A DNA stretch of 64,000 nucleotides, taken from positions 154,457,702 through 154,521,701 of the forward strand of contig NC_058132.1 in the NCBI RefSeq assembly GCF_016433145.1, read 5' to 3'. Position numbers and translations under genes: made by a program. This document shows, piece by piece, positions 13,205 to 25,461 of the stretch. Source of the stretch: Gracilinanus agilis (taxonomy: Eukaryota). The notes below the pieces were generated by a model that was given only the letters and a program-made list of their open reading frames with translations, searched no databases and was not told the DNA's origin. Position 1 is the first letter of the stretch. The number at the start of each line of letters is the position of its first letter.

Positions 13205-13375
13205 ATGGGGAAAAGCTGATTGTTAAACTTTTAGTATCAGCATTTATGTGTCAGAAATCTGTAGATACTACAAACATAAATGTAATAAAGTGCTATTAGT
13301 GCAATTTAAAAGTATATTGCACTTAATAGCTCCATCCCAAACAGATGTTTGTTAAACATTTATCAGCACATCTTA
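13205..13375 (+). mobile_element. Decayed hAT-Tip100 (Arthur-like) non-autonomous element
   Basis: gattgttaaactttt...cagaaatc at the start and ttgttaaacatttatcagcac at the end resemble recalled Arthur-type termini. Same family as 43780-44005. Confidence 0.5.
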
Positions 13376-13630
13376 GTTCAGAGGCTCTCCAAATATCACT
13401 TTGTGGATGACAGTTTACTAACTCAATTGAGTTTTAAACAATATGGCACTTCTAAAATAAGATGTACAATCATTTAAGAAAGATTACACTATGATTCCAC
13501 CCAGAAATATCAAGCAAGAGAGAAATAGCTGTTGCACGGACCTATTGAATGAAGTTGCCACTATAGATATTGTCCAGGCACTGAAGATGGTCAGGGAATT
13601 CAGTAGATTAAATCAAGAAGTAGTAGAAAT

Positions 13631-13818
13631 NNNNNNNNNNNNNNNNNNNNNNNNNNNNNNNNNNNNNNNNNNNNNNNNNNNNNNNNNNNNNNNNNNNNNN
13701 NNNNNNNNNNNNNNNNNNNNNNNNNNNNNNNNNNNNNNNNNNNNNNNNNNNNNNNNNNNNNNNNNNNNNNNNNNNNNNNNNNNNNNNNNNNNNNNNNNNN
13801 NNNNNNNNNNNNNNNNNN
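13631..13818. other. Assembly gap (188 N)
   Basis: Run of N. Confidence 1.
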
Positions 13819-14469
13819 TTCCAGACACTGAGTTAAGTGCCCCAGAAACAAAAACAAAAGAAGCAACAGAAATTTAGGGCGAGTTCTTGCTTTCAAGGAA
13901 CTTAACATTTTAACAATCCATAAAGGGGATTTGGAAGGATTGGGTAGGAGGGTAGTGTATATGTGACATGATATAAATATGGCCAGGAAATAGTATGGGA
14001 GGCTGATCTGGAAGAAAATTAAGTACAAGTTTCTGGTGGGAGAAAAATGAGGATAATGGCTAAAATACCGGGATACCGGAAGATTAATTGATCTTTAATT
14101 TTCTTCTAACTCTTGATCATAAATTTGTAGCCTAAATATTAATAGATTTTGGGTATGTAGCTGAGGCCCAGAGAGAATAAATGATTTGCCAAAGTTCACA
14201 CAGGGAATAAGTAGCATGAGACAGAATTCAAACCCAGGTCTTCAGCTTCCAAATGAAGTGTTTATTTCAATATAAAATTTTGCCTCAAAACAATTACTCC
14301 AAAAAACCGGGTCAGACAGAAGATAGGCCATTATTATAGACAGCCTTGTATTTTGTTCTTTTCGGGTATTTTACATCCAGTAATTTATTTGATTGCCTGA
14401 TGTTATTACCCTTTACGAACCTAATGAACCTAAAAGTTGGTCTTCCGTTACCCTTCCTATACTGCACAG

Positions 14470-14665
14470 TAGAGTCCTGAGTTTTATTTTGGTCCCAGAC
14501 ACTTACTAGCTATATGATCCTGAGAAAGTTCTTAACTTTCTCCTCAATTTATAATGGGATGGGAATGGACAAAGAAATGGCAAACCACTCTAGTATCTTA
14601 GCCAAAAAAAAACCCAAATAGGGTCATGAAAAATCAAACATGGCTGAAAATGACAGAAAAAAAAT
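14470..14665 (+). mobile_element. Mar1-type SINE, partial
   Basis: gaaatggcaaaccactctagtatcttagccaa...gggtcatgaa tail. Confidence 0.8.
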
Positions 14666-15655
14666 GAGTATAATAATAGCAGCTACTTTTATAAGGCTGT
14701 TGGGAGGATCGAATAAAATAAAATGTGTATAATAATTTGTAATATTGTACTATAGAAATGCTGGATTATCATTGTTGTGGGTGGTGTTATTATCTTGGGG
14801 AAGCAGAGCTGATTCTTCTCAGCTATATTCTTGGTCTCAAACTTGGCAAAAAAAGAGGAGAAAGGATTCATTTCCTGTCCCAGAGATTAGACAATAAAGA
14901 GAATTTTATTCTCCGAAATTCTGGAATAGTTACATTTTGCTCCATGAGCGATGGGAAATATAAGAGAGGCTTGAACTTCCAGGGTCTGACTTGTTATTCT
15001 GGTCTATCCCTTCTACCTGTCTCCACCATAGTGGTTTACACATTTTTACAATGCTGAGAAGATGAAGTACGCCAAACGCCGCAAGGACACATGGGGAATC
15101 TGAATGGAGACTGATAATGAAAAACATACCCTGGAATCCGACAATTTCTTTTCATATCTAAAGCTGTTAAGGTGTAAAACAACCTAATAATAACAATCAA
15201 AGCAGAAGGCATCCATTGTGTGAGTGGATGATAGTATTTAACCGGAGGAAAGAATACATCAAGTCAAGGAGTAACTACATCATTCTTGCAAGCCATAGCC
15301 AGACAGAACACAGGGGCAAATAGGTATTATCAGAAGAGTATAAGGGCATGATCAGGGAGGGGAATGAAATAGATGTACCCATCCCCAGAGATGGAGTGGG
15401 AAAGAAGGGTTACAGCCTCAGTTATGAAAACCTTTCATATTCACACGCATATTACGTACTATCCCAGAGGTAGGAAAGCACTCCTATCCCATTATCTTTG
15501 TGCAGATGAATATGTTATTATCAAGCAAAGGATTGTGGGTGATAAAGGGATATGATATAGGGCAGGAATTTAGGATCCAAAGCATAAGTGAGATAGTGAG
15601 TAAGAAAATCAGCAAACAGGAATCAGGTACCCTATGTCAAAAAGATACAGTGTTG

Positions 15656-15862
15656 GAGGGAGGTAGATGGCTCAGAGGACAGAGGATAGAGAGACAGTCT
15701 TGGATTCAAATGTGACCTCAGACACTTCCTAGCTGTGTGACTCTGGGCAAGTCACAACCCCCCATTGCCTAGCCCTTACCACTCTTCTGCCTTAGAACCT
15801 TAAATAGTATTGATTTTAAGGTGGAAGGTAAGAGTTTTAAAAAAAGAAAAGAAAAGAAAAAA
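15656..15862 (+). mobile_element. SINE1_Mdo-like SINE
   Basis: ggattcaaatgtgacctcagacacttcctagctgtgtga...gtggaaggtaagag followed by an A-rich tail. Confidence 0.88.
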
Positions 15863-16074
15863 ACATTTTTTCTGAAACAATAAGAGCTGGCATTTATTTT
15901 ACATTGCTTTAAGGTTTCAAAATTGCCTTATACACATTATCTATCTTGATACCACAGAAAATATATAGCATTAAAAAAAGGAAATCTTGAAATTTAGGGC
16001 AGTCTTCCTGTCTACATTGCAATCTTTCCCCGAAAAGCTGCCAGAATGATATTTCTACAGCAGACAGGTATGTC

Positions 16075-16595
16075 CATGTTACTCCTTTCCTTAATAAACT
16101 CCACTGGCTCACTAGTACCCTGAGTATCCAATGGAAACACTTCTCTGTTTGGCATTTAAAGCCCTGCAAAACCTTATTGAAATCTAAATTTCCAGTTTTA
16201 TTTTAAATTATTGGTCTTCGTATACTCTATATTGAGCTAAATGGATCATCTCACTGTTTTTCTTGCACAAAAATCAATTTTCCAACTCTGGGACTTTGAA
16301 ATGGCTGCCCACTGGGGCTCCTTCCTCACTTCTACCTCTAATAACTATTAACTTCTTTCAAAGTTCAACTGAAGAACTATCTTCTGCATAAGATCTTTTC
16401 TGATGCCTCTGGCTACTTGTGTCCCTTCCCCAAACTCCAAATTACCTTGTATTTATTTTGTATATAATTATATGTGTACATGCTCTCTTCTCCAATAAAA
16501 TATAAGTTCCTTGAGGGGAAGGGTTTTTTTTTTATATATAACGAGTACCTAGCTTAAGGCAAGGTAGATTCTTAATAAATTGTTGAATGACTGAA
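16075..16595 (+). mobile_element. L2 3' region
   Basis: ggcatttaaagccctgc...tataagttccttgagg...cttaataaattgttgaatgactgaa. Confidence 0.75.
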
Positions 16596-17019
16596 TTATA
16601 ATATACAGTTGGCACAATGGCTTCCTCCAGCTCTTTCATGAGTCTGAAACAACTTCTGCATCCTCAAAGAAATATTTTATATGCTTTTTTGCTGACCCAG
16701 GGCTAAACCGAGGAGCATGGTCTTTCCAAAGCTTTTAAGGACACTGTGTGGGACAAATAAAGGTTTCAAGTGAGTATCATATGAGAATCAGAAACAAGCA
16801 GATTTCAGGGAGTAGGGGGAGGATGGTAGATGTCTTCAAATGCTATAAAAGCAAAGCAATAAGGAATTAAATTTATTCTGTATGGTTCCAGGCAGCAAAA
16901 CCAGGAGCCATGAATGAAAGTGTAGAAGTAAACCAAAGTAAAGAAAAATATCCAATATCCTAACAATTAGACCTTTCCAATAATGGAATATTTCTCCTAT
17001 CCATTCCAACCCTTCCCCC

Positions 17020-17150
17020 AATCCCCTGAGGTGTTCAAGTGAAGGCTAGATGTCTATTTGTTGAATGTGTGATAGAAGGGATTTTTTTCCTTCTATGAAC
17101 TGGGCCAGATGGCTCCTGCATTCTCTTCAAACTCTAAAATTCTATGATTC
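17020..17150 (+). mobile_element. CR1/L3 (or MIR3) 3' terminal fragment
   Basis: gaggtgttcaagtgaaggctagatg...caaactctaaaattctatgattc. Confidence 0.65.
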
Positions 17151-19464
17151 GCTGAGATGGGATGCAAGCTAAATTGTCTGGAACAGGAAGTGTGGCACCA
17201 GAGCATCGACTGACAGGTCTAGCACAAACAGCTCAGGACTGGCAGTTTTAGTATTTCTCAGCATTTCATGGTATTCTGGGCACCATTCAGAAGACACAAG
17301 CCCTGCCCTCCAGGAGATGGCATTCTAATGAGACATTATGCCCATGAGACACGGTTGGTTGCCATCTGTGGATAAAATGATGCTATTTCTCATTTTTACA
17401 TTTCTTTTTTTATTCAATCACAACAGACTTGCATGGTAACGGTCACCAAGTACTAACATAAATATCTCAGGAATCAAGAGGGTGTGGGGGAGGATGCTGT
17501 TAGGGATGTCTGCAAGAATGAAGACATCTGAATCTACAATATTTTTCAAGAGTTTTAAAATAATTGAGTAAAACCACAAACAGTTTCTGTGGTATGCACT
17601 TATGCCCCTGATTTCTAGATTGAGCCTTTATTTCATATGTTCCTAATTCAGTCACACTGAACTCATTAATTTCCTCACTAGTCTTCTTAAGCCTTTTACT
17701 TTTCTTTGAACTAGGAAGTTTTAAAGCAATAACATAGCTTAAGTAAGATCATAAATATTAAATCTTCAAAATCCCTATTGATACTGGCACACATTGCCCT
17801 AACCATTCCTATCTCACTGTAATCCTTAGTTAGGAGAATTAGAGAGTTAGCAAGAATAATATATAAAAATATTTTCCTCTCCTCTTTCCTCTACCTTGTC
17901 TGCATTTCTGTATTTAAACCATTCCCTTAATGAGTTTCTCGATTGCTTTTCCCCATACTTGGGGTTGTAGCTTGAGTTTATCTTTATCACAATAAATTGC
18001 TTTCTCTGTGTAGGTCGGACCTAATAACGTATGCTTCGGTGCAACTTTGGACAGGTCTGCCACTTCCCATTATGATGCAATTATTTTTTTCTCCCACCAT
18101 CAATGACCACTGTAATATCTTTTGCAATTGCAATTACTTGTCCTTCCTAGGATGGCTACTTGTCGTGCACGAGGAATTTTAATGGAGCACCTCTGTTAAT
18201 TAGGAAACTGGGAAGAAAAAGAACTTATTAAGAACGTTTGAAAGCCCATCCACTTTGAGGACTGAATTGGAGCCAGGGCTTTATTTTAGAAAGATTCAAT
18301 ATCTTCAAATAAAAGAGTTTTAATTCTCTATCCCTCAGCTCCAGTCTTTAATGGAAGGGGGCTCAGGGGCATACTCTAGCTTTAGAAAGGAGTTTTATTT
18401 TTAAGGTTTTCATCTATTCATTCATTTATATATATGCATATATTTATATATGCATATATATGCATGCATGTATATATTTATATAGGCATGCATGAATGGA
18501 TGTATTTAAAGAGAAAGGAGTCCATTACCTAAGTCAGAGGCTCAATGGAAAAAGACTATATAGAGATATTTTCCCAGGAAACAGCAGCGCTCAGTGCTTC
18601 AGTATCTGGCCTAGAAGTTCTCTTAAGAAAACTGGTGAATGACTATTTCTGTCTCAATATAATTGGTAAGAAAAGAGAGCACATAAAACATTCTGACTAA
18701 TCCAACTCTAATGACTGCTCAGTTTAATTCAACAAATTTTAAACATTAATATTAAAATATCTACTATATACTATGCTACAATGTATATGCCACTGGACTA
18801 TAAGTATGTTATGATGCCCAATGGGATTTATGAAGAAGTAGAAATGTTATTAAAAGAAAATAAAGATGAGAAAGGTCCCTGGGCAAGACCAAGTTTACAA
18901 AGAGGAGGTCCATTCTTAAAGAAACACCCTTTTGAGTATGTTGACAGATCTCATCTCAAAAAGGGAGGAACAAGGGCAAAGAGACACAAGAAAACATGAA
19001 CCTTATTGCTACATTTTTTAAAAAGGCAACCGAGAAATTATTACTAACTGTTGATCTCTCTGCCTACTTCCCCATGCCTACAAAAGCTGTATGAGATTAA
19101 TCCGCAAATATAACAAGGTCATTCTTGAGGAAGGTTTGAAAGAGGAATAGGAAGGCTGTCACTAGTGACATTCTTCAGCAGATCACATCTTTCTTTTCAC
19201 ATAATCGATTGCAAGGAACAGAGATTATAAAATCTCACTTTGCTTATTGTTCGTTGACAATTTTTTTTAAAAATAGAATTTTAAAGGGAACAAAAGACTA
19301 CCTTAAACATTTTTTCCAGCATCTTGTCTCCCATGTGCATGTCAAAATCACATAAAGCTTCTTAAAAGATATAATAGTAGAGATAGGTTTGTTCAGTGGT
19401 CCTCATTACTTTTTATCAAGTAATGTATAAAATAAGGAGATATATGGTCAGTAATGGTACTTCT

Positions 19465-19910
19465 TGTTCATCCTTCATTTCAAAGAGGACCAGTGGCACC
19501 ACAAGGCTGTATCTTGACTTGCACCTGAATTGGATTTAAGTGAGACTGAGTTGCACAAAGTCATCAACCTCACTCCCTTCCAGAGTCATCTGGTAAGACA
19601 AAAGTCAGGATGACTGTTGATGGCCTAGAATGCCATGGATGATCTTGGTGTCTTAAATGTGTGACCAAGTTCTAAGTGCTCCACAGTACCTGCTTTAACC
19701 GCCTGTGTGGTCTTTGGAATAAATTATTCTCATCTACCCATTCTGCCAAGGGAAACTTTCAGATGATTGGGTAGACATCCTCTTAAGTCACTGATGGGTT
19801 TGAGGCCTGTCAATTATCCTCAAACTGGTTTGGTCCTCCTGCCAAGATGGTTTTATAAAAGTGTGGCTGTTGCATCTACTACAGCTTCTTAGAGCCACAA
19901 GTGAGAGTCA
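19465..19910 (-). mobile_element. Marsupial RTE-clade LINE/SINE 3' fragment
   Basis: ttgttcatccttcatttcaagaggacc...gaattggatttaagtgag...aaagtcatcaacctcact matches the recalled reverse 3' end of marsupial RTE elements. Confidence 0.6.
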
Positions 19911-19992
19911 GGTCACTGCTAGGTACTTACAACCATTTTGGGAGATGTTCTCACAGATTCAAAATAGAAAATAATAATGATATCTTCTAGAC

Positions 19993-20193
19993 CAGTGATG
20001 GGCAAACTTTTTAAAGAGGGAAAGGAAAGGAAATGCTCAGCCCTCAGTCTGTTTCTAAGGCGACTCTTTCAAAGTTTCATTGTATTGTATCCTACTCGTT
20101 GTATTCATCAGATTAGGAATAATGTCCCACAGCCAGATAGACCATTTCAGGGGGCCGAGTTTGGCCTGCTGGGGGGTAGTTTACCCATCACTA
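19993..20193 (-). mobile_element. hAT (Charlie/Buster-type, OposCharlie-like) MITE, about 200 bp; same family as 61505-61708, opposite orientation
   Basis: TIRs cagtgatgggcaaact ... agtttacccatcacta. 8-bp TSD ttctagac (19985-19992) / ttctagat (20194-20201). The interior is the reverse complement of 61505-61708. Confidence 0.92.
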
Positions 20194-20254
20194 TTCTAGA
20201 TAAATGATTTGTGTGGGTCTGTGTGTATATGATGATGAATTACTTTAAAGATCT

Positions 20255-20400
20255 AACGAAACCTATGGACCCTATCTCAGAAAATGTTTTAAAATAGTTT
20301 TTAAAAACGTTAAATTTCAGTTAAAAGTTGGTGAAGATAAAGATATACATTTTTCTGAAATGAATTTGTGAACCCCTTCAAATCTACCCAAGAGACCCAG
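20255..20400 (-). mobile_element. Older Charlie-like hAT fragment
   Basis: gaaacctatggaccctatctcagaaaatgtttt resembles the reverse complement of the host element at 60914-61071. Confidence 0.6.
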
Positions 20401-21160
20401 TAGAAAGTCTAAAGTCAGGAGATCTCAGTTGAAATCCATCCTTAAATACTTACTGATTGTGTAAACCCAGACAAAATCACTTAATATACAGTGTCTGCCT
20501 CAGTTTCCTCAACAGCAATAGCATTTACCTCACCAAGTTATTGTGAGAATCAAATAAGTTTTGTAAAAGGATTAGTACAGTTCCCAGCATATAGTAGATG
20601 CTTAATAAAAGCTTGCTTCTTTCCCTGCAGCCTAGCTTTGCAAACCCTGTTGTAGATGGTTAGGTCCTCTAGAAGCTAACATACTTTGAATCCTGGTCTG
20701 CCAGCTGTATGATTCTGAGAAAGTCATGGACTTCTAAGAACCTCATTTTCTTTATCTCAGAAATGAGGATAATAATGATTGAACCATTTCACAATGTTGT
20801 TGTGAGTAGTATTAGAAGAATGTTTTTATTATAATCATGCAAAAGATTCTCAAGTCCAAGCATATGGTAGGTAAATGACTGACTAGCAAATCTTTGACAT
20901 ATGAATACTCTTCAGGAGAGTGACAGAAATCATAGATTTCAAGATTCCACGTCTGCCCTTATACATTTGCTACTTTGCAGATGTTAACCAATTTCTAATT
21001 TCAGTAACAGTAGCTTATTGACAGTTTGAGAGTTCAATTAATTATTGACCCAACCATTGTTTTGCAACTTGAGCAATTTGCACTTCTCACTGGACATTCA
21101 AACTAGAAAATTCTTAAAATTTTTCAGGAAGATTCATCTAGAATTGTTATAAGCTCTCCC

Positions 21161-21230
21161 TTCCTTCCTTCCTTCCTTCCTTCCTTCCTTCCTTCCTTCC
21201 TTCCTTCCTTCCTTCCTTCCTTCCTTCCTT
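21161..21230. repeat. (TTCC)n, about 17.5 perfect units
   Basis: Read directly. Confidence 0.99.
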
Positions 21231-23214
21231 CTTACATTCCTTCATTCCTTCTTCCCCTTCCCTCTTTATTTCCCACCCTCCATCTTGTTCCCCCTTCACG
21301 CCTACTGAGTGGTATCCATGTGTGGGTAAGACTGTACCTTTAGTTCCATTTTGTCTTTTTCTCCTCCCATCCCCAGTTTCTCTTTTCTGGGAAAGTTTTT
21401 CTTGTCTGCCATCCTAATGATCTCCATGCCACATGGGGCCACGGATGCCAGTGCTGACAGCCTGCTCATTAGTGCCAGGGTGTTGTAGTCAGCTGATCGC
21501 ATGCCAGAGCTCAGCTCCTGACACTTTTTCTCGAAGCTGTCATCAGAGTCATGGTGCCTGCCAGCTCTGGTTGAACTCAAGCTGTGATAGCTCCAGTGCC
21601 AATTAGTGCTTCAGTGTCCTGTTTGGCTAAAGAGGGAGTCCTTGTCAGTTCTGACAAATGGAAAATAGTTGAGGATGTGTTGAGGAGAAGGGTGAAGGTT
21701 GAGAGGAGGGACAGTGTTGGAGGCTTCTCCTATGATCAGAGAGGTTTTGTTTTCAGTGACCTTTTTTCCAAGGGTCTTGATTAATACTCTGGGATATAAG
21801 GGAAGTCCAATAGATTGTTCATGTTGACTCCTCTGTTTGTTTAATTCTAAGGACTTGAGGTAGAAAGAATGATTTGGCAAATTAAGATGATGGTTCCATC
21901 CTGGCATTAATGCAGTAGAGAAAAGATATGGGAGAAGGCAACCGATTCCATAGAGAGAATGACCTAGCAAGCAAGAGAAAGATCTAGCAAGAAAAGTTTA
22001 AAAAACTTTTCAATTCTACCTTTGCTTAAGAGTATTTTTATGATGAACTCAAGCAAGAGATATCATCTTCTTTCACCTCAGATATGACAAAAGGGGCAAT
22101 AAAATTGGGCATATGTTTCGGGATGGGGGATTACAGTTTGGAAGAGTGTTGGTCAGTGAATAAGAATTTATTAAGATTTTCCAATATGACAGACATTGTA
22201 CTAAACATTGAGGATGCAAAGAAGTACAAAAATATTCCTTGCTTTTAAGAAGTCAACATTCTAATGGGGGAAGCTACATGGAAATAACTGGCTAAATTCA
22301 TGATATATATAGTGAAAAGGGAAGTCAGTCTCAGAGGAAATGTACTAGTGGAGTGGGGAGGGGTGCTATGTCTTCCTGCAAAAATTACAATTTGAGAAAG
22401 AACTTGAAAGAAACCAGGGAATCTAGAAGTTAGATAGGAAGAGGGAAATCATTCCAGTTGATTGGCTCCACTGTCTCAGGGCCAACTGTGTTTCCATCCC
22501 AGGCCCCTACAAGGTTTTCAGACACTGAAAGGTTTGGGATGTCTCTCTTTTCTGCCCATCAGCTTGAGGCTCACAGGATGAATTTCTTCACATTTTAGGG
22601 AACCCAATGACTAGCACCCCAATTCCATTTTAACCACTTTATGTTGGACATTTTTTACAAAGGGATTTTTATTTGAAAAAATATAACAAGAACAAAATAT
22701 ACAAATAATTTCTCTAAGACTTTGAGGAGTTTGCTTTAATGGGGGTGGGGAGGTATGCTTTTTAGGCTTGCAATTTAGCTCCATTCCTATATAGAATTAG
22801 TCCTCACTAATTAAAATTTCATAGTAAATTTGACTGAGAGATCAGACTTCTTCAATCAGACAAATGTATCTAAGATCTGGTTTGTGTTGAGTCAAGACAT
22901 TTTGAAGATGCCAATGGTTTTGGCTACAAAGCCAAGAGAAACAAGACTTTTCTCAAGCACATGTCTGGCTGCTGCAAAGTATCCATATATGTTCCAGACC
23001 TCCAGTCTTCAAGAAGTAGTTTTCTGGTCTCTTTCATATTGATGACACCATCTTATATAGCATGGATATGCTCCAGATTTCCATTATGCTCTCCTTTTAT
23101 TTGAAATGTTTTTTTTTTCTTTGACAAATAGGTAGGAATGAATTTTAAACACATTGTCCATGTCCCTGGTCTAGAATAATCCTCTAGAATTTCTAAGGAG
23201 CTACAAGGAATTGT

Positions 23215-23957
23215 TGTGAGGAAGATTAGTTAGTAATAGTGTTGGACCTAGCAGGAAGGGCTGGCGCATTCAAAGATGGAATGAAGGAGCAGGAAGCAGG
23301 GCTTGTGCTCTGAGAGAGACTCCATTAGTGGTTGGTACAAACTGTTGCTAGCCCTGGGAGATTTCAGAGTTAAGGACAACCTGCATCCAGAATCCCTGGG
23401 ATCCTGAGTGGTGGTGGCTTTCAGCAAGTGGATAAGACCTGCAGAGCTGCACCAAATGGAGGAGGGGTTTGGGATCTGGTGGACAGCATCTCAAGCACAC
23501 TCTCTCTACTTGGGTACCTTGGACCACCTGGCTTTTGACATCCTGTGATCATCTTTGGATTACCATGAGAACCCTCAAAGCCACCCTCAAGCCCTTTAAC
23601 TGTGCTGGAACCAGGTTTGAAACAGCCTTCCCAGTGACTCCCGTACTGTTCCTTTGAGCCCTGCCTGGCCTAGGTCAATTAGAGTTAGAGTAGGCGAGTC
23701 CTCCCCTTGCCCCTGTGATTTGCCCTTTAGGTTTTTAAGTGCGGAATCCCCTATCTCACCTTTATTTAGTTAATAATAATTAAACTGTTAAAAACCTTTA
23801 CCTTGCCTGCTGGTTCCATAGACCCTTACCTAGTGGTGAGCAGGGTGACCGTTGGGGCCAACTGCCATTCTTGATTCTTGGTCTCCCTATCCTGGCTGGT
23901 CCTGTCTCTCCTTCAACCCAGTGTGTGTACCCACAAACCATTAGGTCACATTTTACA
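23215..23957 (+). mobile_element. Probable solo ERV LTR
   Basis: GC-richer block starting tgtgagg and ending ttttaca, with a polyA-like attaaa near 23780. No TSD identified. Confidence 0.4.
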
Positions 23958-25461
23958 TCACTGGTGCCCCATCTTTTTACACAATGCAATTGATCTTTAT
24001 TCTCCAGTGTCATATAAAAAAAGCTTAAAAGAGTCAATGTTACATAGTTTTATAAAATTCCACATATAGGTGAAAATTATAATTATCCCTAAATACAAAG
24101 CTTTGTTGATTCAACAAACGTTTCCAAAAATTTGTCAAAATTACTGCTTGATGAGTACTCAACAGGTGCTAATACTAGAATGTCTCCTTCAACCCACAAG
24201 GAAAAATAAAAAATAAAATGTAAAGAAAATATGTTTCCTTGTTTTAGAATGAAATTAATTCAGTGTTCCAAACCACGTGAAATTTATCACCCATTGATTT
24301 TGGACATAGAGTTGACTAGGAGACACCTCCTCACGATCAAATGAGAAACCAATTGTCTTGAGTGAAAATTATATTATGAGTCTCTCATGGCATAGGGCCA
24401 TCCAGTTGGAGACATCAAAATTTTCTATATGTCCTTTCTAGCACAGGGCACACTAAAATTTCTCTAGGGGTTCCTGTACTTTTGGGAATCCCCTTAGAAT
24501 TGGAGGCTGGGAGCTTCTATTGCAGTTAGACACTCCCATATGCTGATTATCTTCTCACATCACTTTTACTCTTTGAGAAAAGGGAAATTAAAGTGCTTAG
24601 GATATGTATTCCTTTGGATTCCTTCTCTGATCCCACCCCTACTCATAGCAGTCTAATTCAAGGAGTATATGGGATTAATGCCTTTATTCTCTCTTTTAGG
24701 TATGGAAGGAATCATCAAAGACCTGGAGTTTTCAGGGTTATATAATTAGGGCAATGAATTTGAACTGGTGAAACTATGAAGGGTATGAGCAGAGAATAGT
24801 GGGCTGCATAGCTGAGGGGAATGGAGAGTCCTAAAAGATGAAGTGAAGAAAGACACAGAAGAGCCTGATTGAAGTTGGATAGTATAAGAATAGATGGACT
24901 CCATAGAAGTTCAGTCTTTAAAGCTATTTGTGAATCTACTTTAGTTCCTGCAAAAAGGAGAACTTGAAAAAGATTCTCTCCTCCAAGGAGGATTAGGAGC
25001 CTGCTGCAACTCTCCCATTATGGAAGTTCCTGAAAGGGCTTTCAGATTTCAGTGAGAGCAAGGGGGAATTCATGGAGAGTCTCCAAAAGTCATATCAGCA
25101 GGAAACTTACTAGGATTTGATTAAGAACTGAATTTCAGTTCAGTTCAACAAACTATATGCAGAGCACTCTGTTAGTACTGGGAGAAACACATTCTGATTT
25201 TGAGATAACATCTGTCTGCACACTTGTAGTCAATCTATTGTGCCATGGGATAGGACAACTATGTAGATAATGTGTAGTATAATATAAACTAGGGAGGTAA
25301 AAATGAAAGTGCTAAATGAGGTTTAAAGAGGAAGGTCATTACTGACAGCTAAGAATGAGAAAGGAAAAATTTGAGAGTTCTTTCTAGGACAGAATAAATG
25401 AGTTCCCAGACTGAAGAAATTCACTGTTCTAAATATTTTGGGGAGGTCTATACATATAACC

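Noticed and set aside
13491-14028. 128-142 aa ORFs, the longest in the track
   Set aside because: They are open only because they run through a 188-N gap.
18781-18999. 72-aa plus-strand ORF with basic C-terminus
   Set aside because: It overlaps what looks like a reversed L2 tail fragment. I recognise no homology or splice context.
23907-24196. 14-bp direct repeat tctccttcaaccca about 276 bp apart
   Set aside because: It is too short and has no element structure between the copies, so it is compatible with chance.
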